A stretch of 64,000 nt of DNA from Thermoplasmata archaeon (GTDB taxonomy: Archaea > Thermoplasmatota > Thermoplasmata > Thermoplasmatales > ARK-15), in NCBI GenBank assembly GCA_023261755.1, contig JAGDXS010000002.1:365-64364 (forward strand), in the 5' to 3' direction. The notes beneath the pieces were generated by a model. That model was given only the letters and a program-made list of their open reading frames with translations, searched no databases and was not told the origin of the DNA. Position 1 is the first letter of the stretch. Each line of letters opens with the position of its first letter. Shown here piece by piece: positions 30,557 to 39,710 of the stretch. Made by a program: the position numbers and the translations under genes.

Positions 30557-30558
30557 AC

Positions 30559-31890
30559 TTAATTCCTATTTAATTGTGATCCCACAACCTGATTTAAACA
30601 TTCAATAAATTCATCAATTCTCTGGCTTGGGATAGTAGATCCTGCTGCAATATCATGGCCTCCTCCTGCTCCTTTTACTTTTTCAGCGCATGATCTCATT
30701 GCTTTTCCTAGGTTCAATCCCTTCTCAACAAGTGTTCTTGTACCCCTTCCAGATACATGCATTTCACCATTTGAATCATGTATGGCAAACGTTGGCTTAT
30801 CCCTAGCAAAAACATAGCTCATTAAAATGCCCGCTGTTGAACCTGCAAGTGAATTTTCCTGAACGTAAAAATACTGAATATTCTCTTTTTCAATCTTATT
30901 TTTCATGCCATTGTAAAGTTCTTTAATTAGAATATTTTTATAGTTCATCCAAGCTTCAAGAATTTCATTTTTTTTATCCATGTCCCCTGATAAATATCTG
31001 AGTGCAAGGCCCTGCATATTCATCCTTGCAACAGCATCAATATAGCTTGAAAGTGTAATATCCCAGGTTTCATATGTTTCAAGATAATGTTTTTCTGTTA
31101 TTATACCCTGAACAATGTCCTTTTCAACATTATTTTTTATAAGATTTATAGCAATCCATGAATAAATATATGTTTTTGTGTCATCATCCATATCCTTTAT
31201 TGAAATGTCCTCTTTTATTTTCAATTTTCCAAGCAATTCTGATACTGACTCTTCGCTACCAGTATATCCTGGTAGAAATGGATCTGTCGCGTACAAAAAC
31301 ATCTCCTTTAAATTTGATCCGTCCAATGAAATATCACTATACTTTTTAACACCCTTTCCTTCTAAATAATCAACTATTATCTTATTCAAGCCTGAATAAC
31401 CATTTAAGTGCTGTCTGTCCCCTACGACACCAGTAAAAAAGGCAGGATAGTTTTTCCAGTTTTCTTCATCAATGTACATGGAAAAGATATAGGACAAAGT
31501 TGAACCGCATGCTCCAGATGTGCCTGAAATATTGCAGAATATGGGATTTATGTGTACTATTTTTTCTGAATCCCTCTCTGGTGGGTGATGATCTAAAATT
31601 AATACCTTACCATATTCTTCAAGTAAAGAAACAAAAGATGAACCTAAATCTGCAAGGATGATGCAATCATAACTTCCTTTGAGCAATGATTTTAAATTAT
31701 CCTCTGTAAGATCCTTTAAAAAAGATATGTGAAAATTTTTTCCTGACCTCTTCATTGCTGAATAAAGCAAAGATGCTGATGAAACACCATCAGCATCATA
31801 ATGCGTTATTATCCTTACGGAGTTGCAATCCTTAATAATTTCCGCGCCTTTCCTAAATTTATTATCCAGGCATTCAGGAATCTGAAACAT
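30559..31890 (-). CDS. DHH-family phosphoesterase, archaeal RecJ/GAN-like
   Basis: DHH motifs (ITHYDADGVSS; ADLGS; LILDHHPP) and a DHHA1-like GGGH (GAGGGHDIAAG). Confidence 0.8.
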   Translation of the reverse strand: MFQIPECLDNKFRKGAEIIKDCNSVRIITHYDADGVSSASLLYSAMKRSGKNFHISFLKDLTEDNLKSLLKGSYDCIILADLGSSFVSLLEEYGKVLILDHHPPERDSEKIVHINPIFCNISGTSGACGSTLSYIFSMYIDEENWKNYPAFFTGVVGDRQHLNGYSGLNKIIVDYLEGKGVKKYSDISLDGSNLKEMFLYATDPFLPGYTGSEESVSELLGKLKIKEDISIKDMDDDTKTYIYSWIAINLIKNNVEKDIVQGIITEKHYLETYETWDITLSSYIDAVARMNMQGLALRYLSGDMDKKNEILEAWMNYKNILIKELYNGMKNKIEKENIQYFYVQENSLAGSTAGILMSYVFARDKPTFAIHDSNGEMHVSGRGTRTLVEKGLNLGKAMRSCAEKVKGAGGGHDIAAGSTIPSQRIDEFIECLNQVVGSQLNRN

Positions 31891-31892
31891 AT

Positions 31893-32348
31893 CTATTTAA
31901 CTAATAGTTCTGCACTGTCCAAGCTGTATTTCCAGTTTTCTGGAAGCCTTCCTATTCTCTTGTAATATTTTACTAACCTGAGAATCTTTGCTTCTATCAG
32001 ATGAAGGCCTCTTAAATTTGCAAGGTCATTTGGATTATTTTTTAAATGCCTGTTAAGGTATACAGCCCTTTTCATTAATGCAAGCAAATCCTCAGGAATT
32101 TTTGGTTCAAGACCATATGACCTTACAATTTTAAGCATTTTTTTGCCCGTTACAAATTTTATCTTTGGAACGCCATAAACATCCCTTAGCAATATTCCTG
32201 CCTTGCTAAGCGTATTTCCTTCCTTAATTAATTCTATTAATTTTTCTTCTGCCTGCTTATCTTTAAATTTTGCCCATTCAGGAATATTGTTTCTAACAGG
32301 AGGTTTTGAACCTGACCTTCCATGCTTACTTGAATGTATCCTTGACAT
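31893..32348 (-). CDS. rps15: 30S ribosomal protein S15 (uS15)
   Basis: MSRIHSSKHGRSGSKPP... and C-terminal HLIEAKILRLVKYYK. ATG at 32348 is preceded by an AGGTGA SD. Confidence 0.9.
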   Translation of the reverse strand: MSRIHSSKHGRSGSKPPVRNNIPEWAKFKDKQAEEKLIELIKEGNTLSKAGILLRDVYGVPKIKFVTGKKMLKIVRSYGLEPKIPEDLLALMKRAVYLNRHLKNNPNDLANLRGLHLIEAKILRLVKYYKRIGRLPENWKYSLDSAELLVK

Positions 32349-32463
32349 AATTTTCACCTATATTGTTCAATCCTTAATTTCAGACTCTATATAAGTTTTT
32401 TTATGATTTGAACCAAAATACTTCAAAAAATTTATTAACCTTTTTTAAAATGTATGGGTGAGG

Positions 32464-33249
32464 ATGGATAATACATATATAATATTATATATCGTTCTGG
32501 TAGCATTGGCATTTATAGTAATAATTTTAATTATTAATTTATTAAAAAAATACAATTTAAGGTCCATGAAAAATAAAAATTTAAAGGATGATGCGTATAA
32601 TAAAATAGAATCAACAAAATCCATAGCCTCAATACTTGGAAAAAAAGGTATTAAGGTAGGTCCAGCGGTTGCAGTTCTTGGCAAGGCTGAAGTTCTTTAC
32701 AAAAATGGAGATTATAATGGTTCCATTTCCCTTGCTGATGAGGCAAAAAGGATATTGGACAGGGCCAAACTTGAAAATACTGAATTACCAAAGGATGAAA
32801 GGGTATACGAACAGCCTAAAATAGAGAATGTAGAAAAGAAGGATTTGGATGATGAAACTTTATCACCAACATACCAGCTACAGAAAAAATTGCCTGAAAA
32901 CTATCTAGCTGCAAAATTCTCATTGGAAATGGCACAGAACCTTTACGATGGCTCGGAAGAAAATAAAAAAATTGAGGCTTTTGAATACTTGAAAATGGCT
33001 AAAGTAGCATTCAATGATAGCAATTATTCAGAATCACTAAAATATTCACTTAAAACACAAAGGATATTAAAAAATGAGGAGGAAAAAATTGAACATAAAT
33101 GTCCCAATTGCGGAGCAGTAGTGGACCCTAATGATAAATTCTGCTGGAACTGTGGCTATTCATTAAAAATAAGAAAATGTCCCAATTGCGGAGCAGATAT
33201 AAAGCCCGATGATAAATTTTGCAGATCTTGCGGTTATAAGCTAGTATGA
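32464..33249 (+). CDS. N-terminally membrane-anchored protein with tandem zinc ribbons
   Basis: One N-terminal TM helix, a helical middle region and two CPNCGA...DKFC..CGY modules. Confidence 0.55.
   Translation: MDNTYIILYIVLVALAFIVIILIINLLKKYNLRSMKNKNLKDDAYNKIESTKSIASILGKKGIKVGPAVAVLGKAEVLYKNGDYNGSISLADEAKRILDRAKLENTELPKDERVYEQPKIENVEKKDLDDETLSPTYQLQKKLPENYLAAKFSLEMAQNLYDGSEENKKIEAFEYLKMAKVAFNDSNYSESLKYSLKTQRILKNEEEKIEHKCPNCGAVVDPNDKFCWNCGYSLKIRKCPNCGADIKPDDKFCRSCGYKLV
33097..33196 (+). repeat. Intragenic duplication of a zinc-ribbon module (22-nt exact direct repeat, 78-nt period)
   Basis: AAATGTCCCAATTGCGGAGCAG occurs at 33097-33118 and again at 33175-33196, exactly 26 codons apart. Confidence 0.9.
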
Positions 33250-33593
33250 ACAAAATATTCATTTCTGGATTGATTCTTTTCATTATATCTATTTTCATGA
33301 TGATCATAGGTGTTGCAAAAGGGTATATGGGCTTTGCTTTCTTTATTTTCCCTGTAGTATATGGTTCTGGTATATACGCTGCACTGGCCATGCTAGCAAT
33401 GATCCTTTCCATGTTAATTATATTCTTTTCATTTTTCAGTGTAGAAAATAATGCGTATGATAAAAAAATAGATTATGGGGGCATGGTCCTTATAGGCCCA
33501 ATACCTATCGTATTCGGCAATTCAAAAAATGCAATTTTAGTTTCCATTATTATTGTGATAGTAATTTTAATTCTTATACTTCTAATTTTGTAA
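33246..33593 (+). CDS. Small membrane protein, DUF131/TIGR00304-like
   Basis: 115 aa, 3 TM helices, with a GGMVLIGPIPIVFG motif I recall as typical of DUF131. Overlaps the upstream gene by 4 nt. Confidence 0.5.
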   Translation: MNKIFISGLILFIISIFMMIIGVAKGYMGFAFFIFPVVYGSGIYAALAMLAMILSMLIIFFSFFSVENNAYDKKIDYGGMVLIGPIPIVFGNSKNAILVSIIIVIVILILILLIL

Positions 33594-34215
33594 TTTTTCC
33601 ATTCTTAAAAACTGGTAAAATTGGTATTTTATTCAATGATAATGAAATTTCAATATCTTTTTCATGACCTAGATTCCTTAATCTTAAAGAACTTTTGGAA
33701 CTTAAAATAATATTTTTTATCCTTTCATAATTTATTTCAATACCGAGCTTCTTAGCTTTTATATAAGAAGCACATATGAAATCTTCAATGGAGAATAGGT
33801 CCTTCCTGTTTGCGCATACCAAAGGGTCATCTAAAGATAATCTTTTAACTAAAAGATCAGCATTAAGGAATGATGCTATGTAAACATTTTTAGCTGAAAT
33901 TTTTTTCAATACCCTTGTTCCATTTGTGGACACAAATATTACACTTTTTCCATTAAGATCTGCATCCAAAAGATCATAGGGTGAATTATCATAATCAAAT
34001 CCATTTATCTTTATTCCATTATTTTCGCCTACAAGGATATAATCATCATGGATTTTAAAATATTCAAAGGCAGATTTCTCATTTTCCAATGGAATAATTT
34101 CTTTTGCATTTTTATGTAACATTATTATAATGCTAGTAGAAGCTCTAAAAACATCTATTAAAGCTGCTCTTTCAGTTTCGATTATCTCTAGCCTATTACC
34201 ATCTATTATGTTCAT
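33574..34215 (-). CDS. comB: 2-phosphosulfolactate phosphatase (ComB) family protein
   Basis: DVFRASTSIIIM and VSTNGTR motifs. 213 aa. Confidence 0.6.
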   Translation of the reverse strand: MNIIDGNRLEIIETERAALIDVFRASTSIIIMLHKNAKEIIPLENEKSAFEYFKIHDDYILVGENNGIKINGFDYDNSPYDLLDADLNGKSVIFVSTNGTRVLKKISAKNVYIASFLNADLLVKRLSLDDPLVCANRKDLFSIEDFICASYIKAKKLGIEINYERIKNIILSSKSSLRLRNLGHEKDIEISLSLNKIPILPVFKNGKITKLEV

Positions 34216-34577
34216 AATATCTCTATATCAATCTTTTTACCATTTCTATCATATGCAGAAAAATCTTTTAGCCTGAATGGGTAACCTACAATTATATGGA
34301 CACTGCCGGTCTTGGAAAATAAATCAAGATCTTCGGGGCTTGGTAAAGTAATTCCAGAAGGGTGAGAATGGACTGTTCCCACAAGGGAAAAGTCTATTGG
34401 TTTCATGTAAAGCTGGTATACTGCACTTCTTCTTCCAGAAACAGTTCCTGGAAGTAGAACTATTTCGTATATTATGCTTCTATCTGCCCTTAAAAAAGCT
34501 GCAAATTCATCTGGGTAGGTATCCCTTGCACTTTCCATTATTAGCATTAATGTATCTTTTTTTATCCTGAAATTCAT
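34212..34577 (-). CDS. JAB1/MPN/Mov34 (JAMM) metalloprotease, stand-alone
   Basis: Complete JAMM motif: upstream Glu (PDEFAAFL) and HSHPSGITLPSPED (HxH-x7-S-xx-D). Confidence 0.8.
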   Translation of the reverse strand: MNFRIKKDTLMLIMESARDTYPDEFAAFLRADRSIIYEIVLLPGTVSGRRSAVYQLYMKPIDFSLVGTVHSHPSGITLPSPEDLDLFSKTGSVHIIVGYPFRLKDFSAYDRNGKKIDIEIL

Positions 34578-35377
34578 AGTATTTTTTCCCTCAACTTCTC
34601 ATAAAAATTAAGATTGAATCTAACAAATACTGCTTCATTTTCACTTTCACTTAATCTAACCACATCCTTGTGTGAAATCCTCCTTTGCAATTGACCATCT
34701 AAAACTACCATACTTTTTCTTGTTTTATCTAGGAGATGTATTTCAAGTTCAGATTTGCTTGGAACAACATGGGATCTTATGCTCAACTTGAACGGGGCTA
34801 TGTATGCAATTACCATGGCATCTATTCTTGGGTCCACTATTGGGCCACCTGTACTTAATGCATAAGATGTTGATCCAGTAGCTGTAGCAATTATTATACC
34901 ATCAGCCCTTAAATCCTCAAGTAATTCCTTGTCTATATAGATAGCATAAGTTCTTAACTTTGAAATCTCTGATGTATGTATAACCACCTCATTAGTGCAA
35001 TCTGCCAACCTTTTATCGTTGAGCATTACTTTTAATTTCTTTCTTTTATCTAGAAAATAGTTTCCATTGATTAATCTTTCAAGAGAATAATCCAGGTCAA
35101 CAGGAACTACCTCTGTGAGAAAACCTAATTTTCCCAAATTAATGGAAAAAATGGGTCTATTCGTATTTTGAAGAGTTTTTAAAACTGTACCATCTCCACC
35201 TATTGTAATTATTATATCAACATCCATCTCTTGAATGGGAACACCAGACTTGTGCATTTTTTTAGCAGTTTTTGTTTCTATCAAAACCTCATGATTTTTA
35301 TTTAGATAATCGTAAACGTATTTTGCTATGTTTATGCTTCTTGAGATTTCTATATTTGCAACAATTCCAAATTTCAT
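34574..35377 (-). CDS. nadK: NAD kinase
   Basis: GGDGT motif (IITIGGDGTVL) and C-terminal ATGSTSYALSTGGPIV. Confidence 0.9.
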   Translation of the reverse strand: MKFGIVANIEISRSINIAKYVYDYLNKNHEVLIETKTAKKMHKSGVPIQEMDVDIIITIGGDGTVLKTLQNTNRPIFSINLGKLGFLTEVVPVDLDYSLERLINGNYFLDKRKKLKVMLNDKRLADCTNEVVIHTSEISKLRTYAIYIDKELLEDLRADGIIIATATGSTSYALSTGGPIVDPRIDAMVIAYIAPFKLSIRSHVVPSKSELEIHLLDKTRKSMVVLDGQLQRRISHKDVVRLSESENEAVFVRFNLNFYEKLREKIL

Positions 35378-36159
35378 TTTAAAAACCCCCTTAATTGTTT
35401 TGCATATTCAATATCACCCGTTGAAAGTACGTTCTTTTTCAATGAAAGATCAAAAGGCATGTTCAAAGGTTTAAAATCATCTAAATCGTACACTTCACCT
35501 CCAGCTTCCCTGACAATTAAGGTGCTTGCTGCAATATCTATTATTCTTAATACCCGCTTATTGTAATAATATAGGAATGCATCAGCTGTTCCATCTGCCA
35601 CAAGTGACATCTCCAATGAAGCGCAACCTAGGGATCTTACCCTCCTTGAATTTTTTATAATATTAAAAACACTCTCTGGAACATTTTTCCCCAAGCTTAT
35701 AATGGTCAGCTTTTCCTTTTTCTCTGATCTTGCATTCAATTTCCTATCCTCAAAATAGGATCCTTTTCCCCTTTCTGCCCAGTAACTTTTTCCGCTTACG
35801 AGGTTCATTACCAAAGCATATTTTATTCCAAAAAGGTCATCCTTTCCTAAAGCCATGGATATTGAATAGAATGGTATGTTCATTTCTGCATTGAAGGATC
35901 CATCTATTGGATCAAGTATCAATGTATCCTCATAATTCCTGTTTAAATAACCATATTCTTCGCTCAGGATATTGAAAGGTAAATCATTCTCCTTGACTAT
36001 TTTAAATACCTGTTCTTCTGCAACTAAATCTATTCTAGATGTTGGAGTGCCATCAGCACCAATCTTAATTATTTCCCTTGCTTCATGGAATTTAATATCC
36101 AAAAATTCCTGAACGGAATTTCTCACTTCAAATGCAATTTTCTTAAGATTTTGAATCAT
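35374..36159 (-). CDS. suhB: Inositol monophosphatase / fructose-1,6-bisphosphatase family (SuhB-like; possible NADP phosphatase)
   Basis: IMPase motifs LDPIDGSFN and SLGCASLEM. Overlaps nadK by 4 nt. Confidence 0.85.
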   Translation of the reverse strand: MIQNLKKIAFEVRNSVQEFLDIKFHEAREIIKIGADGTPTSRIDLVAEEQVFKIVKENDLPFNILSEEYGYLNRNYEDTLILDPIDGSFNAEMNIPFYSISMALGKDDLFGIKYALVMNLVSGKSYWAERGKGSYFEDRKLNARSEKKEKLTIISLGKNVPESVFNIIKNSRRVRSLGCASLEMSLVADGTADAFLYYYNKRVLRIIDIAASTLIVREAGGEVYDLDDFKPLNMPFDLSLKKNVLSTGDIEYAKQLRGFLK

Positions 36160-36194
36160 TTATTTTGATATTCCTGAGGATATTAAAAAACTTT

Positions 36195-38153
36195 TCATGA
36201 GTATTTGACTATTAAGCTCATTATAATGTCTGAAACATCATCACATCTATCTGTTATACTTTCCATGCTTTCATATATTTCCTTGTACCTTAAAACGAGC
36301 ATGGGATCATTGGATGATAGAAGTTCTTTTATTACATTATCTACAATATCATCAGTAAAATTCTCAAGCTTGTGAATATCCTTACATATTTCTATTATTT
36401 GAGTATATTCTCCTAACCTGATGCCCATAATTTCATTCAGTGCTTCCTTTAATTCAGAAACAGCCTTTAAATTTATTTCCGAAAGTGCAATTATTTCATT
36501 TGTAGGTTTTTTAATATCATATATGAGCATTTTTTTACTTGTTGATTCAATTGAATCTATAATGTCATCAAGACCTTTTACCAATGCTGCAATATCTAAA
36601 TTGTCTATTGGTGCCGGAAATTTTCTGTTTAATTTGGTAAATATTTCTGATACTATTTCATCATTTTTATGCTCGATTATTTTTATATTTCTTGATATTT
36701 CCTGTACCTTATCAAAGTGTGTTGACATTTTATAAAGCTCTTTTGCAGCATCTTCCACATTTGATGTTAATTTAACAATGTATGAAGAAAATTCTCTAAA
36801 AACTGTGGATGCCTCTTCAAGTGAAAGAGCTTTTGTTTCTTCTCCAAGTAATAATGTAACTATTAAACCTAATAGTGTTGATGCTGACACAAATAAAAGT
36901 GCAATGCTATTTCCAAATATTCCTGTTATTACTGGTAATAAAAATACTCCAGTGATTGCACCTAACCTGCTTACTGCAGCTGAAGAACCTTGTGCTGTAG
37001 CCCTTAATCTTGTTGGAAATAGCTCGGTTGCAACGACCCAAGTTGTTGTATTAGGCCCAGCATTTTCGGAAATTTGAAAGATTGCAAAAATTATGAATAA
37101 AAAGACTAAATTTACAGGGCCTAAAATACCTAGAAGGAGAAGAGACAAAGTCATGCCAAGAAAACCTAATGCCTGAAGCTTTAACCTGCCATATTTATCA
37201 ATTAATATGATTGCAAGAGTGAAACCTATTATTCCAAAAATGTCCAGGAAGGCTGTGCCTATAATAGAACTCAATGCATTCTTGAATCCTAGATCATAAA
37301 GCAGTGTGGGCAAATACATTCCTATTCCGTATACGCCAACATCCATGAAAAACCATGGAACCCAGGCAAAGATTGTCCTCCTTCTGTATATTGGGGATAA
37401 TAACTCCTTTATTGTTGCCTTTTCCTTTTTTGCTTGCTGCACTTCTAAACCTGTAACATTAACATTTAGGGATTTCAGGACCTCTATGGCCTTGTCCTGT
37501 TTTCCCTGTGAGATTAACCATCTTGGTGATTCTGGCATCGTTGCTCTCAAAATAATTACAATTATTGCAGGTACTATACCAGATAGAAGCATCAATCTCC
37601 AGGAATCGATGCCCAAGGGTTGTACGAGCGCTATTAAATAACCTACCAAGGCTGCGGTTAAAGCGCCCAAACCCCAAAACATAAATGTTGTTGAAATTAA
37701 TTTTCCCCTTACCTTTGTTGGTGAAAATTCTGTCACATAAGTGGAGCTAATTGGATAATCTGCACCTATGCCCAAGCCTAAAAGAAATCTGAATAAGATT
37801 AGTTCCCATATATTTTGAGAGAGGGCAGATAGTGTTGCAAAAACTACAAAAAATATTAGGTCCATTACATACATTGTTTTTCTTCCCATTTTATCAGTAT
37901 AATGGCCTAAGGTTAAAGCTCCGAAGAACATTCCTATAAAGGCAGATGATGTTAATAAACCAAGAATTATACTTTGCTGGTTTAAAGGTAAAACATTAAT
38001 CCACAAAGGCCTAATAAAGAGCAAAACTACACTAATAATGAAAAGATCATAACCATCTAGAAATACACCTGCAGCTGACAATAGGAGCATTTTAAAATGA
38101 AAACGTGAAACATCCATATTGTCTAAAGCGGATGTTATAGTTTTATCATTCAA
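36195..38153 (-). CDS. MFS transporter (PHS/Pho84-like) fused to a C-terminal DUF47 (PhoU-like, Pit-accessory type) domain
   Basis: N-terminal ~440 aa form a 12-TM MFS with the FLDGYDLFII and GRK motifs. The C-terminal ~205 aa (about 36198-36821) match the DUF47 pattern (IKIIEHKNDEIVSEIFTKLNRKFPAPIDNLDI...KEIYESMESITDRCDDVSDII). Confidence 0.8.
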   Translation of the reverse strand: MNDKTITSALDNMDVSRFHFKMLLLSAAGVFLDGYDLFIISVVLLFIRPLWINVLPLNQQSIILGLLTSSAFIGMFFGALTLGHYTDKMGRKTMYVMDLIFFVVFATLSALSQNIWELILFRFLLGLGIGADYPISSTYVTEFSPTKVRGKLISTTFMFWGLGALTAALVGYLIALVQPLGIDSWRLMLLSGIVPAIIVIILRATMPESPRWLISQGKQDKAIEVLKSLNVNVTGLEVQQAKKEKATIKELLSPIYRRRTIFAWVPWFFMDVGVYGIGMYLPTLLYDLGFKNALSSIIGTAFLDIFGIIGFTLAIILIDKYGRLKLQALGFLGMTLSLLLLGILGPVNLVFLFIIFAIFQISENAGPNTTTWVVATELFPTRLRATAQGSSAAVSRLGAITGVFLLPVITGIFGNSIALLFVSASTLLGLIVTLLLGEETKALSLEEASTVFREFSSYIVKLTSNVEDAAKELYKMSTHFDKVQEISRNIKIIEHKNDEIVSEIFTKLNRKFPAPIDNLDIAALVKGLDDIIDSIESTSKKMLIYDIKKPTNEIIALSEINLKAVSELKEALNEIMGIRLGEYTQIIEICKDIHKLENFTDDIVDNVIKELLSSNDPMLVLRYKEIYESMESITDRCDDVSDIIMSLIVKYS

Positions 38154-38241
38154 TTTCTCTCACAATGGTATATTGTATTATTTGTTAAAAATTTTATTAA
38201 TTTGGAAATAATTAATAAAATCCTTTACATACCATCTTTTA

Positions 38242-38544
38242 ATGAAAATATCCATGCATATATGGAAAGTGCAGAATGAAATAATGCTAGCAGCATGCGA
38301 TTCAAACCTACTCGGAAAAAAATTTGAAGAGGGAGAATTTCACATTGAAGTAAAAAAAGAATTTTACCATGAATCTTACGTTACTGAAAAATCATTTAGG
38401 AATGCATTAAAAATGGCTACAATAATAAACCTAGTGGGTGAAAATGTTATAAGGATAGCAATAGAGGAAAAAATAATAGATGAAAATAATATAATAAGAA
38501 TTAAAAATGTTCCACATGCCCAGGCGGTTGTTATGCTTTTTTAA
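38242..38544 (+). CDS. DUF424-family protein
   Basis: ~100 aa. IMLAACDSNLLGKKFEEGEFHIEVKKEFYHE resembles archaeal DUF424. Confidence 0.6.
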   Translation: MKISMHIWKVQNEIMLAACDSNLLGKKFEEGEFHIEVKKEFYHESYVTEKSFRNALKMATIINLVGENVIRIAIEEKIIDENNIIRIKNVPHAQAVVMLF

Positions 38545-38657
38545 TAAAAATTCAATGAAACTTTCTATTTAGCTAATATTAAAAAATTTTATTAACAAAT
38601 TATTTATAATGGTTTTACATATAACACCATCAATAGAAACCTTGAGGGTGATAAAAC

Positions 38658-38891
38658 ATGGCAATTGGTTTTGTCCTGATAAGTACAGCTCCGGGTAAGG
38701 AGCATGAAGTTTATGATGAATTGCGCAAAATTAAGGAGATCATTGAGCTGCATCCTCTCTTTGGAGAATATGATCTCATCGCTAAAATAGAAGCTAAGGA
38801 TTTTAATGAACTTGGAAAAATAGTTGTGGACCAAATTAGGAACATTCCGGGTGTAATAGATACAAAAACGCTGACAGGAATTAAATTTTGA
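38658..38891 (+). CDS. Stand-alone Lrp/AsnC-type ligand-binding (RAM) domain protein
   Basis: 77 aa, MAIGFVLISTAPGKEHEVYDELRKI...HPLFGEYDLIAKIEA. SD GAGGGTGAT. Confidence 0.7.
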   Translation: MAIGFVLISTAPGKEHEVYDELRKIKEIIELHPLFGEYDLIAKIEAKDFNELGKIVVDQIRNIPGVIDTKTLTGIKF

Positions 38892-38901
38892 GGTGTAAAT
38901 C

Positions 38902-39204
38902 ATGGATATTACAATAACGCTTTCACTTTTTGGCCAGATAATATTAGTTGTATTTGCCCTAGTTCTCCTAATATTAGGGGTATTCACAGCCTACTTCGGA
39001 AGTGGAAAAAGCAGGATTGCTGGAATTTCTCTTCTCCTAATTGGACTGATCATTGGAATAATATATGTTTGGCTCAGCCATGCTTCTGATCCAGGATATT
39101 TCGTTAATGTTATATTAATTCCAGGCCTGGCATACATAGGCGGTGCAATAATAGGTGCTGTAATTGGATTTCTTATTTTTATTCTCGTAATTATGAAAAC
39201 ATAA
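38902..39204 (+). CDS. Small membrane protein (3 TM), unknown
   Basis: 100-aa hydrophobic ORF. Confidence 0.45.
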   Translation: MDITITLSLFGQIILVVFALVLLILGVFTAYFGSGKSRIAGISLLLIGLIIGIIYVWLSHASDPGYFVNVILIPGLAYIGGAIIGAVIGFLIFILVIMKT

Positions 39205-39236
39205 TCTTTAAATGTTTTATTCTTTTAACATTTTTT

Positions 39237-39710
39237 ATGGATGTTCAAATAATTGCCGGAAGTGCTAGTGATAAGGAATATATAAAGGAAGTTGTAAGTG
39301 TACTAAAGGAACTTGAGGTATCTTTTGATATTAAAATAATTTCTGCGCATAGGAACCCTGAGGAACTTATGTCATTTGTTAAGAATTCCAATGCAAATGT
39401 TTTCATAACCCTTGCCGGATTAAGCGCTGCCCTACCAGGATTTGTATCATCCTTAACCTTGAAACCTGTGATAGGTATACCACTTTCAGGAAAGGTTCCA
39501 ATGGATTCACTACTAAGCATGGTTCAGATGCCAAAGGGAGTTCCAGTGGCAGTGGTAGGCGTTGACAATGCCAAAAATGGTGCCTTGCTAGCTGCAAGAA
39601 TTGTTGCAATTTACAATGAAAAGGTGAGGGATAATTTAATAAACTACATGAAAAAAGAAAATGAAAAAGCTATTGAAAGTGGCAAAAAAGCTTTAGAGGA
39701 TTTGATGTAA
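39237..39710 (+). CDS. purE: Phosphoribosylaminoimidazole carboxylase catalytic subunit / N5-CAIR mutase
   Basis: IIAGSASD...ISAHRNPE...AGLSAALPG motifs. 157 aa. Confidence 0.9.
   Translation: MDVQIIAGSASDKEYIKEVVSVLKELEVSFDIKIISAHRNPEELMSFVKNSNANVFITLAGLSAALPGFVSSLTLKPVIGIPLSGKVPMDSLLSMVQMPKGVPVAVVGVDNAKNGALLAARIVAIYNEKVRDNLINYMKKENEKAIESGKKALEDLM

Noticed and set aside
39210-39233. Inverted repeat AAATGTT-N10-AACATTT followed by T6 just upstream of purE. It shares the AATGTT/AACATT half-site with the dtxR palindrome.
   Set aside because: The arms are only 7 bp in very AT-rich DNA. It could be a terminator for the upstream membrane-protein gene or pure chance. It is too weak to call a regulatory link.
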